From IMG/VR virus record IMGVR_UViG_3300029703_000118, positions 1-9,464 of that record: a DNA stretch of 9,464 nucleotides. One strand, given 5' to 3'. This document shows, in pieces, positions 1 to 7,086 of this stretch. A program made the translations under genes and the position numbers. This DNA comes from a virus. Lineage: Duplodnaviria > Heunggongvirae > Uroviricota > Caudoviricetes. Every line of letters begins with the position of its first letter. Position 1 is the first letter of the stretch. The notes under the pieces are model-generated. The model made no database searches and was not told where the DNA came from. It saw only the letters and a list, made by a program, of their open reading frames with translations.

Positions 1-73
1 ATGTTTAATTTACACTCTTTTTATGCAATTATTCTTTCGACTATAAAAACACCACTATCTCATGTATGACCTT

Positions 74-100
74 GGGGAGCGTGCCGTCTCCCCGTTTTTT
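74..100 (+). terminator. Terminator-like hairpin A on the plus strand
   Basis: A 6-bp stem GGGGAG/CTCCCC with an 8-nt loop, then G plus six T. It follows a plus-strand reading frame that enters from the left edge and stops at TGA 67-69. Confidence 0.5.
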
Positions 101-148
101 CGCTTACAGTTTCATGACGACTTTCAGTTTCAGGAATCAGCAGTTACC

Positions 149-175
149 ATGCAATACGAAAATTCTGTATTGCAT
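149..175. promoter_or_regulatory. Perfect 9-bp inverted repeat ATGCAATAC-N9-GTATTGCAT; candidate operator or RNA hairpin
   Basis: Read directly from the sequence: the two arms are exact reverse complements separated by 9 bp (GAAAATTCT). Confidence 0.4.
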
Positions 176-243
176 CCGCGCCCTCATCTCAATATCTTTG
201 TCGCCGGATAAAAATAACTATCAACCACAAGTATCATGCTCTC

Positions 244-269
244 GGGGAGCACGCACTCCCCAGTTTTTT
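244..269 (+). terminator. Terminator-like hairpin B on the plus strand, paralogous to hairpin A
   Basis: A 6-bp stem GGGGAG/CTCCCC with a 6-nt loop, then AG plus six T. Its flanks share short blocks with hairpin A (ATAAAAA, ACTATC, GTAT upstream; CTT..ACAG downstream). Confidence 0.5.
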
Positions 270-372
270 ATCTTTGACAGGGGTGAAGGAGGCCGTTGCA
301 TCTCCTTTAATTATCATTGCCAGATTATTTCCTCGACCTGAGTATTCTTTATTTAGCCATAGCTTTGTAGCA

Positions 373-398
373 AGGGGCTGGAGCGCCCCTCTTTTTTT
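373..398 (+). terminator. Terminator-like hairpin C on the plus strand, abutting the tfa-like stop codon
   Basis: A 6-bp stem AGGGGC/GCCCCT with a 6-nt loop, then C plus seven T (392-398). On the minus strand the hairpin is not followed by a U-tract, so it is oriented to stop transcription entering from the left. Confidence 0.5.
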
Positions 399-979
399 CA
401 CCTGTCAGCCATGCCGACCTTATACGCCAGTATAGCTTCCGCATCATCCAGCGCTTCAATCTCTTTTTTCATCGTGCGCTGTCTGACATGAATTTCCAGA
501 CCTTTGGTAAACATCGCCTGCTCTGCAGCAGCACTCAGAGCAATCAGTGTTTCAGCGTCCATCGGTACGTCATTATTGTCCGCATCCGTCCAGAAAAACT
601 GCTCCGGCAGTTTCCCCGCTTTCGCTGCCGCCACCGACGGCTCAAGACGCGTCTGCGTTGACTTCCCGTAGTCCCATTTACGCCCATTGTGCTCAAACGT
701 GTAGTTCGCCGCTTCCATCGCATTACGCCAGGCGTTGATCCCGGCGGTTTTGAGTTCTCTGGCTTTTTCCGGGCTGATGGATGGCTGTACATATTCTGCA
801 ATTTCACCGGCCTCTCCTCTCAGACAAGCGGCATAAATATCCCGCCCGTATGCTTCGGTATCGCTGGCTGTTGCAGTGAAAGGAACCGCCTGCTCAATGT
901 GCTCAAACTTCACCATGCAATTGACAGCAGTGTGATCTTTATCTGCCCATTGCGGATTGCTTATTTTTTCCACATTCAT
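398..979 (-). CDS. 193-aa protein immediately downstream of the side tail fibre gene; tail-fibre assembly chaperone or tip protein by position only
   Basis: ORF 398..979 on the minus strand with an ATG at 979..977. A Shine-Dalgarno-like AGGAGA lies 5 nt upstream, and the start is 15 nt after the stf stop, consistent with co-expression. The sequence looks like a globular protein. I do not recognise similarity to lambda Tfa, so the function is inferred from position alone. Confidence 0.7.
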   Translation of the reverse strand: MNVEKISNPQWADKDHTAVNCMVKFEHIEQAVPFTATASDTEAYGRDIYAACLRGEAGEIAEYVQPSISPEKARELKTAGINAWRNAMEAANYTFEHNGRKWDYGKSTQTRLEPSVAAAKAGKLPEQFFWTDADNNDVPMDAETLIALSAAAEQAMFTKGLEIHVRQRTMKKEIEALDDAEAILAYKVGMADR

Positions 980-994
980 GTCATCTCCTGTCAG

Positions 995-2548
995 TCAGTA
1001 TGCGCGCTGGAACAGCCCGATGCCTTCATTGTCATTTGTCGACGTAATTTCATTACACACCATCCATGAGCCCGGAACTGAGGATAGTCTGCCGTCAATG
1101 CCATCGGTGTTAGCTTTCATATAGTTCCCGTTTTCGTCTTTGATTAGGGCGCATCGCTTAAGGCGTGAACCCTGTACAGTTTCTCCTGGCTGATAGGTTC
1201 TGCCGATGTCGGTTGCATACGGGATTATTGCGGCAATAATGTATGTTCCGATGCTGTAAATTTCCCCGGGTACCAGCCTTCCGGTTGGCCCTTGTGGTCC
1301 CTGTGGTCCGGGTTCACCTGTCGGGCCCTGTGGACCTGTCGGGCCCTGTCTTCCTGTTTCTCCCTGCAAACCTCGTGGCCCCGTTTTACCCGCAGGACCT
1401 GCCGGACCAACCGGCCCCGGAACACCCTGTGCCCCCGCTGGTCCCCTTTCACCTCGTGGCCCTGCCGGACCTGCCTTACCTTCCGCTCCGGCGGTACCAT
1501 CCTTTCCTGCGGGGCCTGCATCACCTTTGGGACCAGCTGCACCAGCCGGTCCCCGTGGGCCTGCGGGCCCCACTGCACCAGGTGCGCCAGGTTCCCCCCT
1601 GTCCCCCTTCGGTCCGGGGACTGCTGCCCGGGTTGCTGCCTCTTCTGCCTTCGTTTTTGCTGCCTGCACTTCTGCCATTACCGCTTTCACAGCCTTTGGG
1701 GTTGCCGCTTTTGTTTCATCATCGCTGTTGGTATCGCTGCTCAGCTGTACAACACCTTTCTGTGATGTGCTGGCATCCGGAACACTGGCGACACTGCCTG
1801 CGGGACCCGCAGGACCTGCGGGGCCGGTTTCTCCCCGAGGGCCTGCGGGACCTGCCGGACCTGTTGCGCCGGGTTCACCTTTATCCCCTTTCGGGCCGGT
1901 TTGCCCTGCCGGACCCTGTGGTCCGGGTGGTCCGGCCTCTCCACGTGGGCCGGTGTCACCTTTCGGCCCCGGCGGTCCGCCCGGGTCACCTTTATCGCCC
2001 TTCGGTCCCTGTGGACCTGTTTCTCCCCGTTCTCCCTTTGGCCCCGGCTCACCTTTTGGTCCGACCGCCCCCGTTGCCCCGGCTGGTCCCTTTGCCCCTG
2101 TGGCACCCTGTGGACCTGTGTCCCCCTTCTCGCCCGCCGGTCCCCGGGCATTCTCTGCCCGTTTCTTCGCTTCCTCTGCACTCGCCGCCGACGCTTCAGC
2201 ACGCTTCAGGATTTCCGCTGCCACCGCTTCCAGCTCTGCAAGCGCTTTCGGGTAATACTGCGCCTCATCCTGTTCCATCAGAAATTTATTCAGCGTTCCC
2301 GGCTCAGAATCCGCCTTCACCAGAATGTCACCCACATACGACGGGGCGCACCCTTCCGTGTTCAGCGTCACCCGGTACCACCCCGGCTCCACATCAAAAC
2401 TGTAACTGCCGGTTTCCTCCGGCTGCCCCTGCGCCACCGTGGTGACTATCACTGTCTCTGTGGTGCGTCGCGCTTTCAGCTCTATGGTGCATCCCGGCAC
2501 CGGCTTCCCGGTGCCGTCCTTCAGCACGCCCGATATTCTGACTGTCAT
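995..2548 (-). CDS. stf: Side tail fibre protein with collagen-like (Gly-X-Y) repeats, 517 aa
   Basis: The N-terminus [17 protein letters not shown] resembles the lambda Stf N-terminus as I recall it. Two long Gly-X-Y tracts are separated by a linker containing [26 protein letters not shown], which resembles a conserved phage-fibre motif. A GGGAG Shine-Dalgarno lies 7 nt upstream of the ATG at 2548..2546. This architecture matches the prophage-encoded collagen-like tail fibre proteins described in E. coli. Confidence 0.85.
   Translation of the reverse strand: MTVRISGVLKDGTGKPVPGCTIELKARRTTETVIVTTVAQGQPEETGSYSFDVEPGWYRVTLNTEGCAPSYVGDILVKADSEPGTLNKFLMEQDEAQYYPKALAELEAVAAEILKRAEASAASAEEAKKRAENARGPAGEKGDTGPQGATGAKGPAGATGAVGPKGEPGPKGERGETGPQGPKGDKGDPGGPPGPKGDTGPRGEAGPPGPQGPAGQTGPKGDKGEPGATGPAGPAGPRGETGPAGPAGPAGSVASVPDASTSQKGVVQLSSDTNSDDETKAATPKAVKAVMAEVQAAKTKAEEAATRAAVPGPKGDRGEPGAPGAVGPAGPRGPAGAAGPKGDAGPAGKDGTAGAEGKAGPAGPRGERGPAGAQGVPGPVGPAGPAGKTGPRGLQGETGRQGPTGPQGPTGEPGPQGPQGPTGRLVPGEIYSIGTYIIAAIIPYATDIGRTYQPGETVQGSRLKRCALIKDENGNYMKANTDGIDGRLSSVPGSWMVCNEITSTNDNEGIGLFQRAY
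1280..1615 (-). repeat. Collagen-like block 2 inside stf: 38 consecutive Gly-X-Y triplets (aa 312-423)
   Basis: Direct reading of the translated ORF: Gly at every third residue with Pro, Ala, Lys, Glu and Arg at X/Y. The DNA is a GGN-CCN triplet repeat. Confidence 0.9.
1796..2143 (-). repeat. Collagen-like block 1 inside stf: Gly-X-Y triplets (aa 136-251) with a single one-residue register break (GDPGGPPG)
   Basis: Direct reading of the translated ORF. Gly periodicity is 3 throughout, apart from one Gly-Gly step at aa 190-191. Confidence 0.9.
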
Positions 2549-2561
2549 AGATTTCTCCCAT

Positions 2562-2595
2562 AAAAAAAAGCCCGCAGCAGTGACGCCACGGGCTT
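2562..2595 (-). terminator. Candidate intrinsic terminator downstream of lom (minus strand)
   Basis: On the minus strand a GC stem (GCCCG...CGGGC, with flanking A-U pairs) is followed directly by a run of 8 U. It sits between the lom stop (2700) and the stf start (2548). Confidence 0.5.
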
Positions 2596-2699
2596 CAGGA
2601 CAGTGTAACTTTACGTTTCCTCAAACGCAGTTCATCACATGAGGCGGATGAACCTGCGAATTATAACAATGTTTGCAGAAGATAAATCGTCATATACTC

Positions 2700-3299
2700 T
2701 CAGAACCGGTATCCGGTGCCGACAATAAACGCCTCCGTACGCCAGTCACCACGTCCTGAGGCTTCATAAGCCAGGTCGACCACGATATTTTCTGTCGGGT
2801 TAATCTGCACGCCTGCACTGTATGTCAGTGCGGTATGGCTGCGGCGTCCGCTGTCCGAACGGGTCAGGTGCTCCTGCTTTTTACCCTCATCTGACGTGAG
2901 GGTCACATAATCACCGGCAAAAGACGACACCCGGGCATACGACACTCCGGCCAGCGCATAAGCGCTGAACCATTCATTCACGCGCACAGATGGCCCCGCC
3001 ATCACGCTGAACCAGCGGTTACGCACAGAATCCTCATGCCAGCGGGTATCGTTGTAGTGCGTTTTTTGCTCACCTTCAGCATTGGCATAACTGAAGGACG
3101 TAATCAGCCCCAGCGTGTCCGTAAACTCATAACGGTATTTCACGTTAATCCCGTTCAGATCATCGCTGCCTGGCATATCAGTATGGGTCTGAAGATACCC
3201 GGCGCTTAGTGTGGACTGATGCTCTGCTGCGCTCGCTGGCGTACCAGCGGCAACCAGCCAGACGACTGCGGACAGAATAACAGCACATAATTTACGCAT
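2700..3299 (-). CDS. lom: Lom-like outer-membrane beta-barrel protein (Ail/Lom/OmpX/PagC family), 199 aa, lysogenic-conversion moron
   Basis: An N-terminal signal peptide (MRKLCAVILSAVVWLVAAGTPASA) and a C-terminus ending in GYRF, typical of outer-membrane beta-barrels. Motifs GINVKYRYE, SVMAGP and DWRT...FIVG match lambda Lom as I recall it. It occupies the lambda position between J and stf. GAGG lies 5 nt upstream of the ATG at 3299..3297. Confidence 0.9.
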   Translation of the reverse strand: MRKLCAVILSAVVWLVAAGTPASAAEHQSTLSAGYLQTHTDMPGSDDLNGINVKYRYEFTDTLGLITSFSYANAEGEQKTHYNDTRWHEDSVRNRWFSVMAGPSVRVNEWFSAYALAGVSYARVSSFAGDYVTLTSDEGKKQEHLTRSDSGRRSHTALTYSAGVQINPTENIVVDLAYEASGRGDWRTEAFIVGTGYRF

Positions 3300-3320
3300 A
3301 ATTACCTCTCGCTTTTCTGC

Positions 3321-3348
3321 AATAAAAAAGGCACCATTTCTGGTGCCC
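3321..3348 (-). terminator. Candidate intrinsic terminator immediately after J (minus strand)
   Basis: On the minus strand a 6-bp stem GGCACC/GGUGCC with a 6-nt loop is followed by UUUUUUAUU. It lies 19 nt after the J stop and 22 nt before the lom start. Confidence 0.6.
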
Positions 3349-3366
3349 GTATCTGGGTTATAAAAT

Positions 3367-6300
3367 TCAGCTAATCGTGATGCCTGCAGTGGCTTTCTTC
3401 ATCACCACAACCAGCAAATCGCTGATACTTGCTGTGGGATACCAGTTATTTACCAGCCATGCTGACACCGAAAACTCCAGTGTCATGTGACCGTGACCGG
3501 CAGGCATATCAATAACGCCACTGTAAATCAGCGTATTATCCAGCGCGGTACGGTTATAAATTTCAGCACCGTTTTTCCGCACTATCAGACGGCATGAGGA
3601 GTAAATATCAGTATGCTCTCTCTCATGCTTAGCGCCACTGAATGCCACCGCCGGAATAACAATCTGTCGGTCAAACGGCTGATCGTCATAAACCCTGACG
3701 GTAATGGTCCCTGATGGCCACCGCTCCGGTGCACGGGAGTCCCGGGGGAAAGCTTTGCCCACTGTTTTAACGAGATCGCCTTCAATCTGGTTCGCGGACA
3801 GTTTTCCCAGAACCCGACAGTTCTCGTTAATCGTGACGTTGTTGAGCGTCCCGGAATTCGCATTCACGTTACCGCTGATATCAGCATTTCTTGCGGTCAG
3901 CCTGCCCTCCGGCGTCAGGGAAAACGTCGGGGGATTGCCGGACGAGGTGATACTCACCGCAAACAGCCGCTTCAGGAACACATCGTTCATGAACAACTGA
4001 TTCCCCTGCGCCACAAATAACGGCGTGGTGTTGCCGTCCTCCGGGTTAATCATCGCAATACGGTCAGCCAGCAGCAGTATGTTGCTCAGGGGCTGGCCAT
4101 CAGTATCCTCAATCCCCGCTCCAATACCGGCAACATAGGGTATGCCATTTTTTGTTTTCTGTACCTTCAGCATGTAAAGTGCAGCAAGGTCATCATTTGT
4201 GTCCTTCTGCACGCGCTGTATCTGCTGTATGGTGGCGCTCTGGTCTTCCAGCGTTTTACTGACCGTCTGCGTGATTTCATTGCGGGTTTCTGTGATGGTG
4301 GTCTGCATTTCCGCCATCTCGTCCTTCAGCTGACTGTTGTCAATCTCTGCCCACAGCGCCTCTGCCAGATGCGTTTTTCCTATCTTTTCCCGGAAAAGTT
4401 CCAGATAGCCCGCAGCATCATTGCTGGGCTGCCCTCTGGCTTCCACAAAAGCAGATTTACCCACCAGGTTGACGCTGCGCACATAAAACCAGAAATCCTT
4501 TCCGGGCTTAATGTGCGGACCGGAGACACTCCACTGACTGCCGGTCCCCAGATAACGGGCAGAGGTTTCCACCTGTGCGGCGTCTGCAATTTTTGCCTCC
4601 GAAAACCAGAACTCAAACTGCACCGTCGGGTCATACACCGCAAGACGCGGTACCGCCGTTATCTGAAAATACCCCGGCGTCAGCTCAATGGTGGCCGGTG
4701 CTGCAGGCGCATTAATCCGGAACGTGGTGGTGGCGGGTTCGCCCTGCTGGCCATAGCTGTTAATCGCCCTGACCGTCAGGGTGTATTCCCCGAGAGGCAG
4801 GCCACTGAAACGGTGCTCCGTATCGGCAGTGATGGCGGTGGTCAGCAGGCGGCTGTTCTCACCGCTTCCACTGGTCAGGCGCAGACTGAAGCGCACGCCC
4901 TTCACCACCCGCGGCGTGTCCCATTTCGCCAGCGCCAGATACTGGCTGTCAGCCGCGCTCACCTCCACCGTCAGGTGCTGTACTGCCGGTGGGATAACGC
5001 TGTTCAGGGTGCCTGACTGCGGCTCAAAGCGGGCTCCGTTATCCACAATGGCTTCTTTTTCCGGTACGTGCTGCACCGCCGTGATGGCAAAGGTGCCGTC
5101 CGTGTTTTCCCGGATGGCCACACAGCGGAACAGGCGACGGCGCAGTGACGGCAGGGAGAGTCCCCACACCCCGTATGTCTCCACACCATCAGGCAGGGTA
5201 CTGACCTGTATCCGGTCCGGCGCGGGGTGTGCGGTAATGTCCACACTCACCGGCTTACCGCTGCCGTTAATCAGGTTCACCGTCGATGTCCCCGTCTCCG
5301 GGAGTGTCACCTCACGGTCCAGCGTCAGGGTGCGGGTGGCAGCATCAATGGACAGGACACGTCCGCCGGTCATAGTCCCGGCATAGTCGTTATCACAGAT
5401 TTCAATGATGTCACCGGGTGTGTGCCGCAGCCCCTGAGACCCGAGCGTGAAATCCACCGTCTGCGTTTCCAGCAGTTCGGTCTTTATCACCCACAGTCCG
5501 GCACGGTGGGCCTGACCGCGGCTGGTACAGCCGAACGCGTCCATCTTCAGCAGGTTGCGTCCGTAGCGCAGTATGGCTTCCGGGTCTTCCACCAGTTCCG
5601 TGGAGGTCTGCCAGCCGTTCTGCGGGTCGGTGTAATTCACCTCCACCGCCGTGTGCCGGTCCTTCAGGGCACTGAAGCTGTAGCGGAATCCCACGCCGTT
5701 ATCATCCACCACATCGCTGTTGGTGTACGGCCACACCACATCCGACGGGCGGTCCTGAACAAACGTCAGCGTCTGACCGTTCCATACCGGCATACAGCGC
5801 ATCGCAGAGCAGAAATCACTGAGAACGTCCCACGCCTTACGCTGTTGTGCCAGGTACGCATTAAAGGTCATCCGCGGCTCGGTCCCCCCGAAACCATCCG
5901 GGACCGTCTGGTCGCAGTACTGCCCGATGGCATACAGCGCCCACTTGTCCACATCCGCCGCCCCCAGACGTTTTCCCATGCCGTAGCGCGGGTGAGTCAG
6001 CATGTCCCACAGGCACCAGGCCGGGTTGTTGCTGTATGCCGGTTTCAGACTGCCGTCCCAGATACCACTGTACGTGCGTTTTTCCGGGTCATAGTTTGAC
6101 GGCACCTGGATGATGCGACCGCGGATATGGTAGTTCACCGTCATCTGCTGACCACCAAACTGCTCCGCATCCACCTGCATCCCCACAATGGCCGTGTTCG
6201 GGTAGCACTGTTTCACATCGATGATTTCGGTGTATGACGACCACAGCGTTCTGTTCTGCAGCTGGTCCGTGGTGCTGTCCGCCGTCTCCCTGACCATCCG

Positions 6301-6837
6301 GATGTTAAAGGGGCGGGGAGGCAGATTATCCAGAATCACCGACGCAAGGAACTGTGAGGTGGTCTTGCCGTTAATGGTGACATCCTTTTCCGTCACCCAG
6401 TTACCGTTACGCTGTAACTGAATCAGCAGACGGACAGAGGACGGATTACGGTCACCCTTTGACGTGGTCTCCACCAGTGACTGCACCCCGAAGGTCACCC
6501 GCAGGCGGTCAATGTTCGCTGACGTAATGGTGCGTGTTACCGGTTTTGCCCTGGTCACTTCGACACCCAGTACAGTTTCAGAGCCGGAGGACTCAAAGCC
6601 TTCCGGTGGTGTCTGCTCCTGCTCCCCGGCACGCCAGACCGCGGTCACACCGTGTATCACGGGATTACCGTCCGTGTCCGTCAGCGGGGTTTTGTTCACC
6701 AGAATACTCTGCAGGCCTTTCACCGGGCCTTCTATCGGTCCCTCACCAATCGCATCAATCACGCTCATCATCTGCGTGGATTTGAGATTATCCTTCACCT
6801 CACGAGGCGTGTGTGCCTTACCGCCACCTTTACCCAC
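3367..6837 (-). CDS. J: Tail tip / host-specificity protein J (central tail fibre), about 1156 aa from a GTG start
   Basis: The ORF is homologous along its length to lambda J as I recall it (for example [63 protein letters not shown] and [18 protein letters not shown]). I place the start at the GTG at 6837..6835, which gives an N-terminus (M)[12 protein letters not shown] matching lambda J MGKGSSKGHTPRE and is preceded by a GGAGAGGGGG Shine-Dalgarno. The TTG at 6882 listed in the ORF track lies inside the upstream terminator. Confidence 0.93.
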   Translation of the reverse strand: MGKGGGKAHTPREVKDNLKSTQMMSVIDAIGEGPIEGPVKGLQSILVNKTPLTDTDGNPVIHGVTAVWRAGEQEQTPPEGFESSGSETVLGVEVTRAKPVTRTITSANIDRLRVTFGVQSLVETTSKGDRNPSSVRLLIQLQRNGNWVTEKDVTINGKTTSQFLASVILDNLPPRPFNIRMVRETADSTTDQLQNRTLWSSYTEIIDVKQCYPNTAIVGMQVDAEQFGGQQMTVNYHIRGRIIQVPSNYDPEKRTYSGIWDGSLKPAYSNNPAWCLWDMLTHPRYGMGKRLGAADVDKWALYAIGQYCDQTVPDGFGGTEPRMTFNAYLAQQRKAWDVLSDFCSAMRCMPVWNGQTLTFVQDRPSDVVWPYTNSDVVDDNGVGFRYSFSALKDRHTAVEVNYTDPQNGWQTSTELVEDPEAILRYGRNLLKMDAFGCTSRGQAHRAGLWVIKTELLETQTVDFTLGSQGLRHTPGDIIEICDNDYAGTMTGGRVLSIDAATRTLTLDREVTLPETGTSTVNLINGSGKPVSVDITAHPAPDRIQVSTLPDGVETYGVWGLSLPSLRRRLFRCVAIRENTDGTFAITAVQHVPEKEAIVDNGARFEPQSGTLNSVIPPAVQHLTVEVSAADSQYLALAKWDTPRVVKGVRFSLRLTSGSGENSRLLTTAITADTEHRFSGLPLGEYTLTVRAINSYGQQGEPATTTFRINAPAAPATIELTPGYFQITAVPRLAVYDPTVQFEFWFSEAKIADAAQVETSARYLGTGSQWSVSGPHIKPGKDFWFYVRSVNLVGKSAFVEARGQPSNDAAGYLELFREKIGKTHLAEALWAEIDNSQLKDEMAEMQTTITETRNEITQTVSKTLEDQSATIQQIQRVQKDTNDDLAALYMLKVQKTKNGIPYVAGIGAGIEDTDGQPLSNILLLADRIAMINPEDGNTTPLFVAQGNQLFMNDVFLKRLFAVSITSSGNPPTFSLTPEGRLTARNADISGNVNANSGTLNNVTINENCRVLGKLSANQIEGDLVKTVGKAFPRDSRAPERWPSGTITVRVYDDQPFDRQIVIPAVAFSGAKHEREHTDIYSSCRLIVRKNGAEIYNRTALDNTLIYSGVIDMPAGHGHMTLEFSVSAWLVNNWYPTASISDLLVVVMKKATAGITIS

Positions 6838-6878
6838 TCGATCCCCCTCTCCTGTCTGATGTCTGAATTTGTTTATGC

Positions 6879-6911
6879 CCAAAAAACAACAGGCACCCCG
6901 GAGGGTGCCTG
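6879..6911 (-). terminator. Strong intrinsic terminator in the I-J spacer (minus strand), just upstream of the J start
   Basis: On the minus strand a perfect 9-bp stem (CAGGCACCC/GGGTGCCTG) with a 4-nt loop is followed by UUGUUUUUUGG. Confidence 0.7.
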
Positions 6912-6949
6912 CATCATGACGGAATAAAAATTCTGAATATCTTCACATT

Positions 6950-6977
6950 TTCACAAACTGACTGTGGCGCGTATAAT
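6950..6977 (+). promoter_or_regulatory. Candidate sigma70 promoter on the plus strand, convergent with the tail operon
   Basis: A -35 element TTCACA (6950-6955, 5 of 6 matches to TTGACA), a 16-bp spacer, and a perfect -10 TATAAT (6972-6977). The predicted start site is about 6984. Confidence 0.55.
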
Positions 6978-6983
6978 TTCGCT

Positions 6984-7081
6984 GCGTTAGTGTTTTTTCT
7001 GCCCGAGTAACAAAAACAACTCCTTAACATTAATCTTCATTTGTCTGTCCCGCAGCTCCGCGATCACTGCGGGATTTTTTT
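6984..7081 (+). ncRNA. Candidate small RNA of about 100 nt bounded by the plus-strand promoter and terminator in the I-J spacer
   Basis: The predicted start (~6984) and the terminator U-tract end (7081) define a unit with no plus-strand ORF of meaningful length. The body holds a U-rich tract and a CA-rich single-stranded stretch (AACAAAAACAAC) ahead of a terminal hairpin and poly-U, which is the general shape of Hfq-dependent sRNAs. Confidence 0.4.
7048..7081 (+). terminator. Intrinsic terminator on the plus strand
   Basis: An 8-bp stem (UCCCGCAG/CUGCGGGA) with an 11-nt loop is followed by 7 U (7075-7081). On the minus strand the same hairpin is followed by ACAGACAAA, so it terminates only plus-strand transcripts. 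Confidence 0.7.
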
Positions 7082-7086
7082 ATGTT

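Noticed and set aside
66-341. 91-aa plus-strand ORF
   Set aside because: It reads through two terminator hairpins (A and B) and gives a low-complexity translation with no ribosome-binding site. It is most likely non-coding.
1280-2143. Possible CRISPR or other tandem-repeat array, suggested by the strong sequence periodicity
   Set aside because: The period is 3 or 9 nt inside a coding frame (Gly-X-Y). There is no repeat-spacer organisation and no cas context.
1243-2563. Long plus-strand ORFs (1243..2445, 1292..1765, 1527..2255, 1741..2202 minus, 1901..2563) giving Pro/Ala/Gly/Arg-rich low-complexity proteins
   Set aside because: They lie antisense to, or out of frame within, the collagen-like repeat region of stf. 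The GGN-CCN periodicity removes stop codons in several frames, and the translations are low-complexity with no start context.
6838-6882. TTG start at 6882 giving a 15-aa N-terminal extension of J ([15 protein letters not shown])
   Set aside because: The TTG lies inside the terminator hairpin and U-tract. The GTG at 6837 has a strong Shine-Dalgarno and reproduces the lambda J N-terminus.
3585-6927. Plus- and minus-strand ORFs overlapping J (for example 4369..5016, 4781..5386, 5227..6099, 6464..6859)
   Set aside because: All are embedded in the well-supported J coding region, in other frames or antisense. Their translations are Arg/Cys-rich and typical of GC-rich non-coding frames.
6984-7081. 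Specific identification of the candidate sRNA as a known GcvB sponge (AgvB-like)
   Set aside because: The CA-rich stretch gives only imperfect complementarity to the GcvB seed as I recall it, and I cannot verify the sequence or genomic position of the named anti-sRNAs from memory. I kept it as a generic sRNA candidate.
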